NCBI GenBank assembly: GCA_020854825.1
Contig: JAHKLY010000002.1
Location: 175,485 to 239,484 of the forward strand
Length of the DNA: 64,000 nucleotides
Direction of reading: 5' to 3'
Source of the DNA: Candidatus Micrarchaeota archaeon
Lineage (GTDB): Archaea; Micrarchaeota; Micrarchaeia; Anstonellales; JAHKLY01
Under the pieces are notes generated by a model. It was given only the letters and a program-made list of their open reading frames with translations. It did no database searches and was not told the origin of the DNA. Positions 29,574-38,924 of this stretch are shown here, one piece after another. The position numbers and the translations under genes were made by a program. Numbering within the stretch: position 1 is the stretch's first letter; the number at the start of each line of letters is the position of its first letter.

Positions 29574-31386
29574 AAAAAGATTCTAAATGATTTCCGATAT
29601 ATTCAGATGGAAAATATTCAAAATCTTTTGGAAAGTATCTTTTATATTTCTCCCAATTAAATCTTTCATCTAATAAGATTATTGCACATTTATCTTTATC
29701 CCCCCTTATGCCTCTGCCTGCTGATTGTAATACTTTATTTACTGCAGGTATCATATATGTATATTCATTACCTTTTCCCCCGCCAAATTTTTTATCAAAA
29801 TACTGAACTAGGTGTTTTTTCTCTAAAGAAGGGGGATCTAACGGTATTCCAACAATTAATATTCCTTTTAGCTTGTTATTCTCAAAATCAATACCCTCTG
29901 AAAAGGACCCTCTTTGAACTCCTAATAAGGTTAGTGATTTTTTAGTTTGCATATTCTCCAATACTATTTTTTTATCTTCTTTCTTCCAGTCTGAACTTTC
30001 TAAAACTATTTCATTATGAGAATCAATATAATTTGCAACTTCTTCCATTAATTTATATGATGGAAAAAATACTGCACTATTATCTGGAATATATTCAATA
30101 AGTTCAGACACTGCATACCCTATCTTCTTAAACTCATCTTCATTTCTTTTATGATAAACTGTTGATAATAAATTTGAAGATAAAATTAACCTATTCTCCT
30201 TTGGGAATATTGAACTATACTCCTTAAGTATGGGATTTTCAATTCCAAGTACATCTGCATATACCTTGGGAGGATATAAAGTTCCACTCATCAATATTGA
30301 AGAATGTACTGATGAAAAAATGGGTTGGGTTATATCTGATGGGTCTAATGGAAATAAAGAAATTTCATTTTCTTTTACTATTCTTAAAATATGTTCATTA
30401 TCCTTCATCCAAGTAAAAAAGAAATAAAGCATTTCAGATAAATTTAAATATTCAAAATCATTCTCCTTTTTTGAAGAAGCATATTCTTCTGCTTGTTCTA
30501 ATTTTTTAAGAAAACTATCAAAATCAAATTCAGACACAAATGAGTTCTGAAATAATGAATTTATTTTGTTTATCAAATCTTTCTTTTCTATTATCTTTTC
30601 TTTTTTTCCATCAAGAATCTCAAAAATATTTTTAAAAATATTAAACGCCCTTGATAAAACTGGATCTGGTGCATATTCCTTTAATTCTTTTTTACAATTA
30701 GAAATAAGATTTTTAGATAGGGTAAATGTCATTAACTCTCGTGCTCTCTCAGGTAGATTATGTGCTTCATCTACAATTAAAATTATATCTTCTATCCCAA
30801 TATTCATTTTAGATAAAACAATATTTCTAATTGAAGAATCAAAAATATAATTATAATCACATACAAGAACATCTGCATCTATAATTAATTTAGATTCAGC
30901 AGAATGAGGACAAGCACCATATTGTTTGCATATCTCTTTAGCTTCTTCAACATGATAAATATCTTCTTTTAAAGCCATTAAACAAAAACCTTTGACATAA
31001 CCATATGGGCATTTTTTTGCTTTTGTTTGATGATAACAAAAAGAATCAAAATCATTCCTTTTCATATCTTTAGATTCTGATAATAGACACATATGCTGTT
31101 TGTTTATTATATCTGCTACAACTAAATCTAGATTATTTTTTTCTTTTATTAATTTTAAAGTATTAATTGCAATTGTATGCTGGGAGTGTCTAGAAGTTGT
31201 AAAAATTATTTTTTTATCATACTTTTTTGCATATTCTAAAACAGCACTTAAAACAGCTGCTGTTTTTCCTATACCTGTAGGCGCATAAGCTAACAAGGTA
31301 GATCCCATAAGACAAGCTTCTTTACAATCTTCATAAAACTGTTTCTGAACTGGTCTTATATCTTCAAAAGGAAAAAACATATACAC
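29557..31386 (-). CDS. XPD/Rad3-family Fe-S DNA helicase
   Basis: APTGIGKT, Fe-S cysteines, DEAHN, SGTL, SEGIDF, QSAGRGIR. Confidence 0.93.
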   Translation of the reverse strand: MYMFFPFEDIRPVQKQFYEDCKEACLMGSTLLAYAPTGIGKTAAVLSAVLEYAKKYDKKIIFTTSRHSQHTIAINTLKLIKEKNNLDLVVADIINKQHMCLLSESKDMKRNDFDSFCYHQTKAKKCPYGYVKGFCLMALKEDIYHVEEAKEICKQYGACPHSAESKLIIDADVLVCDYNYIFDSSIRNIVLSKMNIGIEDIILIVDEAHNLPERARELMTFTLSKNLISNCKKELKEYAPDPVLSRAFNIFKNIFEILDGKKEKIIEKKDLINKINSLFQNSFVSEFDFDSFLKKLEQAEEYASSKKENDFEYLNLSEMLYFFFTWMKDNEHILRIVKENEISLFPLDPSDITQPIFSSVHSSILMSGTLYPPKVYADVLGIENPILKEYSSIFPKENRLILSSNLLSTVYHKRNEDEFKKIGYAVSELIEYIPDNSAVFFPSYKLMEEVANYIDSHNEIVLESSDWKKEDKKIVLENMQTKKSLTLLGVQRGSFSEGIDFENNKLKGILIVGIPLDPPSLEKKHLVQYFDKKFGGGKGNEYTYMIPAVNKVLQSAGRGIRGDKDKCAIILLDERFNWEKYKRYFPKDFEYFPSEYIGNHLESFFNMSN

Positions 31387-31397
31387 ACCATTAAATT

Positions 31398-32285
31398 TTA
31401 CATGAAATTTATTAATTCCTCTAATTTATTAATATTAATAATCGGTTTTTCAAACCTTTCATAATCTTCTATAATTCTTGGACATGCAGTATTTATATAT
31501 GCGTCAAATAAATTAAAATTCTGTAACGCAATATGATTAATCTCATTGCTTATTAAAATTACTGCGCTTTTTCCTTTTTCTTCTAATTTCTTTTTAGCTT
31601 CTTCTGCACCTTGTAAATTAAACTGCCCAATTTTTGTTGATACTAAAATACCAAATGCCTTTGCTTCGCTTGATTTTAATAACGCGCCTTGTAATTTTTT
31701 ATTATACTGTTGTATTTCATCATTTACTCTTTTGAATTCTCCATTTGGACTTATAATAAAAACAGGAATTTCATAATTTAATGTTAAATAATGAAACTTT
31801 CCCCCTCCAATATATAAAACACATTCTATTTTATCTAATATTTCATCTATTGCTCCTGTGTCGCATCCAAGAACCTGTCCTTTGTAAAAACATTTCGGAC
31901 CTTTCCCTATAAAAATTTCTTTATGATTTTTTTCTAATACTTGTTTTATCTCATCTAATTGATGAATATACTGTACTGTTGTTATTAAACCTATTTTTGT
32001 AAAATTCTTTATTCTTCCTAAATGCTTTTTTATAAGTTCTAAATCAATATCTTGATGAAATTCTTTATATTCAACTGGTATTTCTGTCTTACCTACAAAA
32101 GGTGCATGACCATAATGTATAATTTTGTCTGCTTTTACTTTTTTAGCTTCATCAATAGCTAAATCACATGCGCCATAACAGCTTGCGCTGGATACAAACA
32201 CTTCATTGCCTTGTTTTTCCAATTCTTTCTGCTCCTCAAGCGCTTTTGATTTAAGGCCTTCTGGAAACTGGAGTAATATGCGCAT
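31398..32285 (-). CDS. dph2: Diphthamide biosynthesis enzyme Dph2
   Basis: LQFPEGLK, CYGACD, GQVLGC, TACPRI. Start at ATG 32285. Confidence 0.94.
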   Translation of the reverse strand: MRILLQFPEGLKSKALEEQKELEKQGNEVFVSSASCYGACDLAIDEAKKVKADKIIHYGHAPFVGKTEIPVEYKEFHQDIDLELIKKHLGRIKNFTKIGLITTVQYIHQLDEIKQVLEKNHKEIFIGKGPKCFYKGQVLGCDTGAIDEILDKIECVLYIGGGKFHYLTLNYEIPVFIISPNGEFKRVNDEIQQYNKKLQGALLKSSEAKAFGILVSTKIGQFNLQGAEEAKKKLEEKGKSAVILISNEINHIALQNFNLFDAYINTACPRIIEDYERFEKPIININKLEELINFM

Positions 32286-32342
32286 ATTAAGAATTTGTGG
32301 GGTTTTATTTATAAAGGCTTTTAGAGAGTACATTTCCGGCTT

Positions 32343-32489
32343 TTAATATTTTGACCAAACTTCATCCTCTTTTGGATTATCCCAAACTTCTTTTAATGCA
32401 GATTCTGAAGCCAAATATACAAATCTATCAAATTCTTTATCTTCTATTGATTTATTTTTTTTATGATTTATTTTCTGTGTATCTCTCAT
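32343..32489 (-). CDS. 48-aa DUF2281-like antitoxin-type microprotein (absent from ORF track)
   Basis: MRDTQKINHKKNKSIEDKEFDRFVYLASESALKEVWDNPKEDEVWSKY. ASExxLxxxWxxPxEDxxW motif recognised from memory. Confidence 0.6.
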   Translation of the reverse strand: MRDTQKINHKKNKSIEDKEFDRFVYLASESALKEVWDNPKEDEVWSKY

Positions 32490-32505
32490 TTTAAAAACCA
32501 AAAAA

Positions 32506-34902
32506 TTAGATCTTTTCATCCAGCCAGTCGTCTTTATCGCGCATTAAATGCACTCTTGCGTGTTTTAACATCAAAGCGCTTTCAGCGCTTGCTACTATTC
32601 TACGTGTTCTTTCAATAGTATCTGGATTAACGGACATGGATGTAAATCCATATTCAACTAAACGTTTTGCGAATTCAGGATAAACAGAAGGCGCTTGTCC
32701 ACATACTGAACATGTAATATTTCTTTTATTACATACTTCTCCTATATGTTTTAAAGATTTTAAAACTGCACTATTTCTCTCATCAAAATCATGTGCTAAA
32801 CGCGCATTATCTCTATCAACACCCAATGTCAATTGAGTTAAATCATTTGTACCAACAGAAACTCCATCAATACCTACATCAATAAATTCATCTAATAAAA
32901 TAACTGTTGATGGAACTTCAACCATCATCCAAAGTTTAAAATCTTTAGTTCTAAATAATCCGGTATTATGCATTATTCTTTTAACCTGCATTAATTCTCC
33001 TACTCTTCTTACAAATGGAATCATTAACCACAAATTTTTTAAATTAAATTCATCTCTGACTTTTTTAATTGCTTCTAGCTCCATCTTAAAAACTTCTGGA
33101 TCTGAAACATATCTTGATGCTCCTCTAAAACCCATCATCGGATTTTCTTCATTCATCTCATATTTTTCTCCACCTTTCAAAGATCTATATTCATTTGTTT
33201 TAAAATCTGTAGCTCTATAAACAACAGGTCTTGGATAAAAAGCAGACGCAAATTTTCTTAACTCAATTGCTAAATTATTAATAAATTCTTCTTGTCTATT
33301 TTCATCTACAAATACTCTTGGATGTTCTCCCATGTCTGCAATAATAAATTCAGCTCTTAATAATCCAATACCATCTACATTTTGTTCTGCTATTTCTTCT
33401 ACTCTATCAGAACTTGCTAAATTAACATAAATTTTTGTCCCTGTTATTGGAGAATATCTTTCATTTTTATGGATTTTTTTAATATTCTTATTTTTAATAT
33501 CTACTATTCCTTCATAAACTATGCCTCGTATAGCATCTACTGTTATCTCCATTCCATCACTCAATTTTTTAGTAGCTTCATTAGTTCCCACAATACAGGG
33601 TATTCCCAATTCTCTTGAAACAATAGCTGCATGAGAAGTAGAACCTCCATGATCTGTTATTATTGCTCCTGCACGTTTCATTGCAGGAACAAAATCTGGT
33701 GAAGTCATAGATGTAACTAATATATCTCCTTTTTCAACTTTATCAATATCTTCATTTGAAGGAGTTAATTTTACTTTACCAAAATAAATTCCTGGTGATG
33801 CTCCTAAACCCTTTAATAAAACCTCCCCTACTACTCCTTCAGGTGCATAATATGAAGGACTATCTTCCTCCTCATAATATAAAGAATACTTGCCATCAGT
33901 ATCTGCTAAAGAGTCTAATAGATTGGAAATTTCATCTTTATTTTCATCTAATGTTGTTATTGGTCTTGATTGAACTATATATAATCTATCATTTTCAAAT
34001 GCCCATTCTATATCTTGTGGAACTCCATAGTGTTTTTCTATTTTTCTGCAAATTTTTGCTAGTTCAATTATTTGCGCATCAGATAGTTTTTGTACATCTT
34101 GTTCTGCAGAAACAATATCTACATTTTCGTTTTTTCCATTAAATAAAACCGTTTTCCAAGTTTGATGAGCAATATACCTTTCCTTAATTTCTAAACTATC
34201 TTTTGTAATAGAATACCTATCTGGAGTTAACGCCCCAGAAACAACTGCTTCTCCTAATCCATACGCTCCTTCTATCTGTATACTATTCTTATCTTGGGAT
34301 ATTGGATCAACAGTAAATGCCACACCTGCAACTTCAGATTGAACCATTTTTTGTACTACTGCCGATAATCCTACATTTAAATGATCAAATTTATTTTCTG
34401 TCCTATAAAAAATAGCTCTTGATTCAAAAAGTGATGCCCAACAATCCTTGACTGATTGAACTACATCTTCTGGACCTTGAATATTCAAAAACGTTGATTG
34501 TTGACCTGCAAATGAAAATCCTGCAAGGTCTTCAGCAGTTGCACTAGATCTAACAGCAACATACACTTGTTCTCCATATTTTTGACACAATTTATTATAT
34601 GCATCCATTATCTCTGTTTTAATATTCTCTGGGATTTTTCCTGCTAAAATTGCGTTTTTAATAAAAACAGATGCCTCATTTAATTTTTTAGTATCATGAA
34701 CATTTAAATCTTGAGTATATTCTTTTATTATACTTTCAATATTATTTAATTTTATAAATTCAAAATATGCTCCACTCGATACACAAAAACCATCTGGTAT
34801 TGGAAATTCATTATTAATCATTTCACCTAAATTAGCTCCTTTACCCCCAACTTCTTCAATGTCTTTTTTATGAATTTCCTTAAACCAATAAATATTTTTC
34901 AT
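32506..34902 (-). CDS. ppsA: Phosphoenolpyruvate synthase
   Basis: VGGKGANLGEM, AVRSSATAED, phospho-His motif TSHAAIVSRELG, GIGLLRAEF, GTNDLTQ. Confidence 0.96.
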   Translation of the reverse strand: MKNIYWFKEIHKKDIEEVGGKGANLGEMINNEFPIPDGFCVSSGAYFEFIKLNNIESIIKEYTQDLNVHDTKKLNEASVFIKNAILAGKIPENIKTEIMDAYNKLCQKYGEQVYVAVRSSATAEDLAGFSFAGQQSTFLNIQGPEDVVQSVKDCWASLFESRAIFYRTENKFDHLNVGLSAVVQKMVQSEVAGVAFTVDPISQDKNSIQIEGAYGLGEAVVSGALTPDRYSITKDSLEIKERYIAHQTWKTVLFNGKNENVDIVSAEQDVQKLSDAQIIELAKICRKIEKHYGVPQDIEWAFENDRLYIVQSRPITTLDENKDEISNLLDSLADTDGKYSLYYEEEDSPSYYAPEGVVGEVLLKGLGASPGIYFGKVKLTPSNEDIDKVEKGDILVTSMTSPDFVPAMKRAGAIITDHGGSTSHAAIVSRELGIPCIVGTNEATKKLSDGMEITVDAIRGIVYEGIVDIKNKNIKKIHKNERYSPITGTKIYVNLASSDRVEEIAEQNVDGIGLLRAEFIIADMGEHPRVFVDENRQEEFINNLAIELRKFASAFYPRPVVYRATDFKTNEYRSLKGGEKYEMNEENPMMGFRGASRYVSDPEVFKMELEAIKKVRDEFNLKNLWLMIPFVRRVGELMQVKRIMHNTGLFRTKDFKLWMMVEVPSTVILLDEFIDVGIDGVSVGTNDLTQLTLGVDRDNARLAHDFDERNSAVLKSLKHIGEVCNKRNITCSVCGQAPSVYPEFAKRLVEYGFTSMSVNPDTIERTRRIVASAESALMLKHARVHLMRDKDDWLDEKI

Positions 34903-35024
34903 GCATACACCTTGTATTATAACAAAGATTAGATTTAAAATTCTGTTGTACATATAAAAAAATGACTTTTGGGTAAGAGATAACATTTAAATACATATAC
35001 CTATTTAAATATTTTACAATTTTT

Positions 35025-35162
35025 GGGCTCGTAACTCAGCTAATCTAAAATTAATTTATTTTAGGTCTGAAATGGTAGAGTGGCTGGCTTTTAACCAGTA
35101 AGTCGAGGGTTCAATGACCTTTTTCTTTAAAGAAATTGGTGGAACAGATCCCTTCGGGCCCG
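35025..35162 (+). tRNA. tRNA-Lys(TTT) with introns at 17/17a (35042-35072, 31 nt) and 58/59 (35115-35147, 33 nt)
   Basis: GGGCTCG/CGGGCCC, GCTGG-CT-TTT-AA-CCAGT. BHB helices TCAG/CTGA and GTTC/GAAC with 3-nt bulges. Confidence 0.93.
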
Positions 35163-35210
35163 CTTTTTATTTATAGAAATCATTATAAAGTTCCTAGGAG
35201 ATAATTAAAT

Positions 35211-35819
35211 ATGGAAATAGAATTCAAAGATAGAGAAATAATTTGTAATAAAAATTTTCTAAATTTAGATAAATTTACTTTTGATTTTTGTTCTGTCTTA
35301 AATCAAACAAAAATAAATTATGTAATTATTTCGGGGTATATACCTGTATTTTTTGGAAGAAACAGAACCTCTGAAGATATAGATATGTTTATTGATAAAA
35401 TCCCATTGGAGGAATTCAAAGAAATTTGGGAAAAATTAAAAACTAATAATTTTGAATGTATAAACACAAAAGATTATGAAAAAGCATATTCTTCTTATTT
35501 ATGTAATGGAGATTCAATAAGATTTGCATTAAAAAATACGTTTATACCAAATATAGAAATAAAATTTAGAAAAAAGATATTAGATAAAAAAGCTATGGAT
35601 GAAAAAATAAAAATTATTTCAAATGATAAAATAACTTATTTTGGCCCATTAGAATTACAAATCGTATATAAATTATTTTTAGATTCAGAGAAAGATATTG
35701 AAGATGCAAGATTCTTATTTAAGCTTTTTAAAAATAAATTAAAAAAAGAAGAAATAAAAAAAATAAGTAACTATTTAAATGTTAAAAACAAATTACATTC
35801 AATTGGGTGGGAAGAATGA
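35211..35819 (+). CDS. Nucleotidyltransferase-fold protein
   Basis: YVIISGY...GRNRTSEDID and KDIEDA motifs. Confidence 0.75.
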   Translation: MEIEFKDREIICNKNFLNLDKFTFDFCSVLNQTKINYVIISGYIPVFFGRNRTSEDIDMFIDKIPLEEFKEIWEKLKTNNFECINTKDYEKAYSSYLCNGDSIRFALKNTFIPNIEIKFRKKILDKKAMDEKIKIISNDKITYFGPLELQIVYKLFLDSEKDIEDARFLFKLFKNKLKKEEIKKISNYLNVKNKLHSIGWEE

Positions 35820-35959
35820 ATATTGATTTGGAAGAATTAAAAAAAGATAAAGAAAAGAATTTTCAAGATAGATTAAAATTTATTGATGAGTATGTAGAAT
35901 GGCTCAAAAAAACACCAAATGATGTCTGGTCGAAACAACAAAAAAAAGCTTTAGAATAA
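35816..35959 (+). CDS. 47-aa helical protein coupled to the upstream NTase (absent from ORF track)
   Basis: ATGA overlap. MNIDLEELKKDKEKNFQDRLKFIDEYVEWLKKTPNDVWSKQQKKALE. Confidence 0.7.
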   Translation: MNIDLEELKKDKEKNFQDRLKFIDEYVEWLKKTPNDVWSKQQKKALE

Positions 35960-35971
35960 TAGGTAATTAAA

Positions 35972-36634
35972 ATGGAAAAAATAATAGAAAAATTCCCAGA
36001 AGTATTTGAGATAAATGGAAAAATTGCTACTAAAAACTTAATTAAAGGTAATCCTGTATATGGTGAAAGGATAGTTAACATAAATAATACAGAATATAGA
36101 TTTTGGGATCCTAACAGAAGTAAATTATGTGCTGCAATTAAAAAAGGTTTACAAAATATATACTTAAAAAAAGGAGATACAATCTTATATTTAGGAGCTG
36201 CGACAGGAACTACCTCATCACATATTGCAGACATAATTGGTGAAAAAGGAATTGAATACTGTATTGAGTTTGCACCAATATCTTTTAGAAAATTAATACC
36301 CATTTGTGAAAAAAGAACAAATATGATACCTATAATGGGAGATGCAAGAAAACCAGATATATATAAAGACGTAGGAAAAGTTGATATTGTATATGAAGAT
36401 GTGGCTCAACCAGATTTAGGAGAAATTTTATTAACTAATTGTAGATATTTCTTAAAAAAAGGAGGGTATGCAATGCTTGCAGTTAAATCACAAAGTATTG
36501 ATGTAACTAAAAATCCTGAAGATATTTACAAAAAAACCATAAAACAATTACAAAAGGAACTAAAAATTATTGAAACTATTATTTTAGATCCTTATGAAAA
36601 AGACCACATGTTTATTGTAGCACAAAAACTTTAA
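35972..36634 (+). CDS. flpA: Fibrillarin-like 2'-O-methyltransferase
   Basis: VYGE, WDPNRSKL, LYLGAATGTTSSH, EDVAQP, LDPYEKDH. Confidence 0.96.
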   Translation: MEKIIEKFPEVFEINGKIATKNLIKGNPVYGERIVNINNTEYRFWDPNRSKLCAAIKKGLQNIYLKKGDTILYLGAATGTTSSHIADIIGEKGIEYCIEFAPISFRKLIPICEKRTNMIPIMGDARKPDIYKDVGKVDIVYEDVAQPDLGEILLTNCRYFLKKGGYAMLAVKSQSIDVTKNPEDIYKKTIKQLQKELKIIETIILDPYEKDHMFIVAQKL

Positions 36635-37380
36635 CCCCCAAAATATAATTTTACTGCATACATAAATCCTATTCCTATTACAAACATTATAAATGCAAGA
36701 ACTGATCTTTTAACATCTTTTTGTTTATGTAATTCAGGTATTAAATCTGATGATGCAATATAAATGAAACCTCCTGCTGCGAATGGAAGTAAAAATGAGG
36801 TAAACTGAGGCACTGAAGAATATGCAAGTGCACCAATTACTGTTCCTAATACTGCTGTTAAACCGGATGCAAAATTAAATAATAATGCTTTTTTCTTTTT
36901 CCAACCCCCATATAATAAAACTGCAAAATCTCCTATTTCTTGAGGAATTTCATGAGCTATTATAGCTATTGTAGTCGTAATTCCAAAAGGAATACTCACT
37001 ATAAATCCTGTTACTATTATTAAACCATCAATAAAATTATGAACTCCATCACCTATTAAATTCATATATGTAAATGAATGTATTTCACATTTTTGATGTT
37101 CATGACAGTGATGCCAAAATAAGAACTTTTCAAGTAAAAAGAATATTGAAAAACCAAATAATACACATATAAATGGATCACAACTACTAGATGATTCAAG
37201 TGCTTCAGGTAATAAATGTAAAAATGCACCTCCCATTAAGGCACCTGCTGAAAAAGCAACTAACAAAATTAGTATTTTTTTAAGATGTTTTTCTTTTAAT
37301 CCTAATGTAAATACTCCTATAAATGAGATTAAAGAAACAATAAAAGTTGCAATAACTGAATATAATAAAATATCATCCAT
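36631..37380 (-). CDS. ZIP family metal transporter
   Basis: HLLPEA, His-rich loop, GDGVHNFIDG, HEIPQEIGD. Confidence 0.94.
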   Translation of the reverse strand: MDDILLYSVIATFIVSLISFIGVFTLGLKEKHLKKILILLVAFSAGALMGGAFLHLLPEALESSSSCDPFICVLFGFSIFFLLEKFLFWHHCHEHQKCEIHSFTYMNLIGDGVHNFIDGLIIVTGFIVSIPFGITTTIAIIAHEIPQEIGDFAVLLYGGWKKKKALLFNFASGLTAVLGTVIGALAYSSVPQFTSFLLPFAAGGFIYIASSDLIPELHKQKDVKRSVLAFIMFVIGIGFMYAVKLYFGG

Positions 37381-37470
37381 ATTAACACCTATTTTTAAAT
37401 ATAAAAATTTTAAACAAATCATATTTATAAACCATAGCTTTATAAACGAAAAGCACTTATAATATAAATA

Positions 37471-37531
37471 GGCAATGAAGTCACCGTCCCAGTATGAGAT
37501 TAACGATGATTACCGGAGTAGCTACTGAGCC
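37471..37531 (+). ncRNA. Box C/D guide sRNA (predicted 23S Gm2251 and Um2438, E. coli numbering)
   Basis: GGC/GCC terminal stem, C ATGAAGT, D' ATGA, C' ACGATGA, D CTGA. Guides CACCGTCCCAGT and CCGGAGTAGCT match conserved 23S segments. TTTATAAA about 25 nt upstream. Confidence 0.85.
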
Positions 37532-37640
37532 CATTATTATATTTATACTTCTTCTAAAAACATATGTGTATAAATCTTTTGTAATATTATATATTAAAAC
37601 TTTGAATACTAAAATTTATTTAAAAAATGAAGGTGTTAAT

Positions 37641-38861
37641 ATGAGTGTTTTTGAAAATAATATAAAAAGACTAGAAAATTTAAAAGAAATTATTAATATT
37701 ACTGATGAACAGATGCAAATTTTATTGAAGCCTAAAAGAGAACTTAAAGGTAATATAAAAATAAATGGAAAAGAATACGAAGCATATAGAATAATATTTA
37801 ATGATGCATTAGGACCTGGAAAAGGAGGAATAAGATTCCATCCAAAAGTAAATGAAGATGAAGTAAAATCTCTAGCCTTTTGGATGGCTTTAAAAAACTC
37901 ATTAGTTGGATTGCCTTATGGAGGAGCCAAAGGAGGAGTAAGTATTGATCCTAAACAATTAACAAAAAAAGAATTAGAAGATGTTAGCAGACAATATATG
38001 CAATTATTTTATGAAAACTTTGGACAAAATAAAGATATCCCTGCACCAGATGTAAATACTAATTCCCAAGTAATGGCTTGGATGCTTGATGAATATGAAA
38101 AAATTAAGAAAAAACATGAATTTTCAATGATAACTGGAAAACCAATTGAGTTAGGAGGGTGCGAATTAAGAGCAGGAGCAACAGGACAAGGAGGAGCAAT
38201 TGTTTTAGATAATATAATAAAAAAAATTGGAAAAAATCCACATGAAACTACTGTTGCTATCCAAGGCTTTGGAAATGTTGGTTCATATTTAGCTAAATTT
38301 TTGTATGACAAAGGATACAAAATAATAGCCATCAGTGATATTACTGGAATGGTTTATGAAAATAATGGATTAAATATACATGAAATATTGGAAAATTTAA
38401 AAGATAAAACTTATTTAAATGAATTAGATCTTGAAATAAAAGATAATAACGAATTATTATATTTGCCTGTTGATGTTTTAGCACCTTCTGCATTAGAAAA
38501 TCAAATAACAAAGGAAAACGCAGATAAAGTTAAAGCAAAAATAATTTTAGAAATGGCAAATGGTCCTACAACCTCTGAAGCAGATGAGATATTAAATAAA
38601 AATAATATTTTAGTTATACCTGATATTTTAGTTAATTCAGGAGGAGTTATTGTAAGTTATTTTGAATGGGTTCAAAATAAATTAGGGAATTTCTTTGAGA
38701 TGGAAGATCTAGAAATAAAATTAGAAAAAATATTAAACAAAGCCACAGATAATGTTTTTAATCATAAATTAAAAGAAAAACATGATTTAAGAACAGTAGC
38801 TTATGCGCTTTCTATAAACAGAATTTTAGACGCAGAAAAACTAAGAGGAAATTGTGAATAA
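37641..38861 (+). CDS. gdhA: Glutamate dehydrogenase
   Basis: GPGKGGIRFHP, GGAKGG, DIPAPDV, QGFGNVG, SYFEWVQN. Start moved past the sRNA. Confidence 0.94.
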   Translation: MSVFENNIKRLENLKEIINITDEQMQILLKPKRELKGNIKINGKEYEAYRIIFNDALGPGKGGIRFHPKVNEDEVKSLAFWMALKNSLVGLPYGGAKGGVSIDPKQLTKKELEDVSRQYMQLFYENFGQNKDIPAPDVNTNSQVMAWMLDEYEKIKKKHEFSMITGKPIELGGCELRAGATGQGGAIVLDNIIKKIGKNPHETTVAIQGFGNVGSYLAKFLYDKGYKIIAISDITGMVYENNGLNIHEILENLKDKTYLNELDLEIKDNNELLYLPVDVLAPSALENQITKENADKVKAKIILEMANGPTTSEADEILNKNNILVIPDILVNSGGVIVSYFEWVQNKLGNFFEMEDLEIKLEKILNKATDNVFNHKLKEKHDLRTVAYALSINRILDAEKLRGNCE

Positions 38862-38924
38862 TTTACAAGACATAAATAAACTAAGAATTCTTTAATACTT
38901 TCTTTTTTATTTCTTTTTTGAAAT

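Noticed and set aside
37494-37640. N-terminal extension of glutamate dehydrogenase
   Set aside because: It overlaps the C/D sRNA and promoter. ATG 37641 has an AGGTG RBS.
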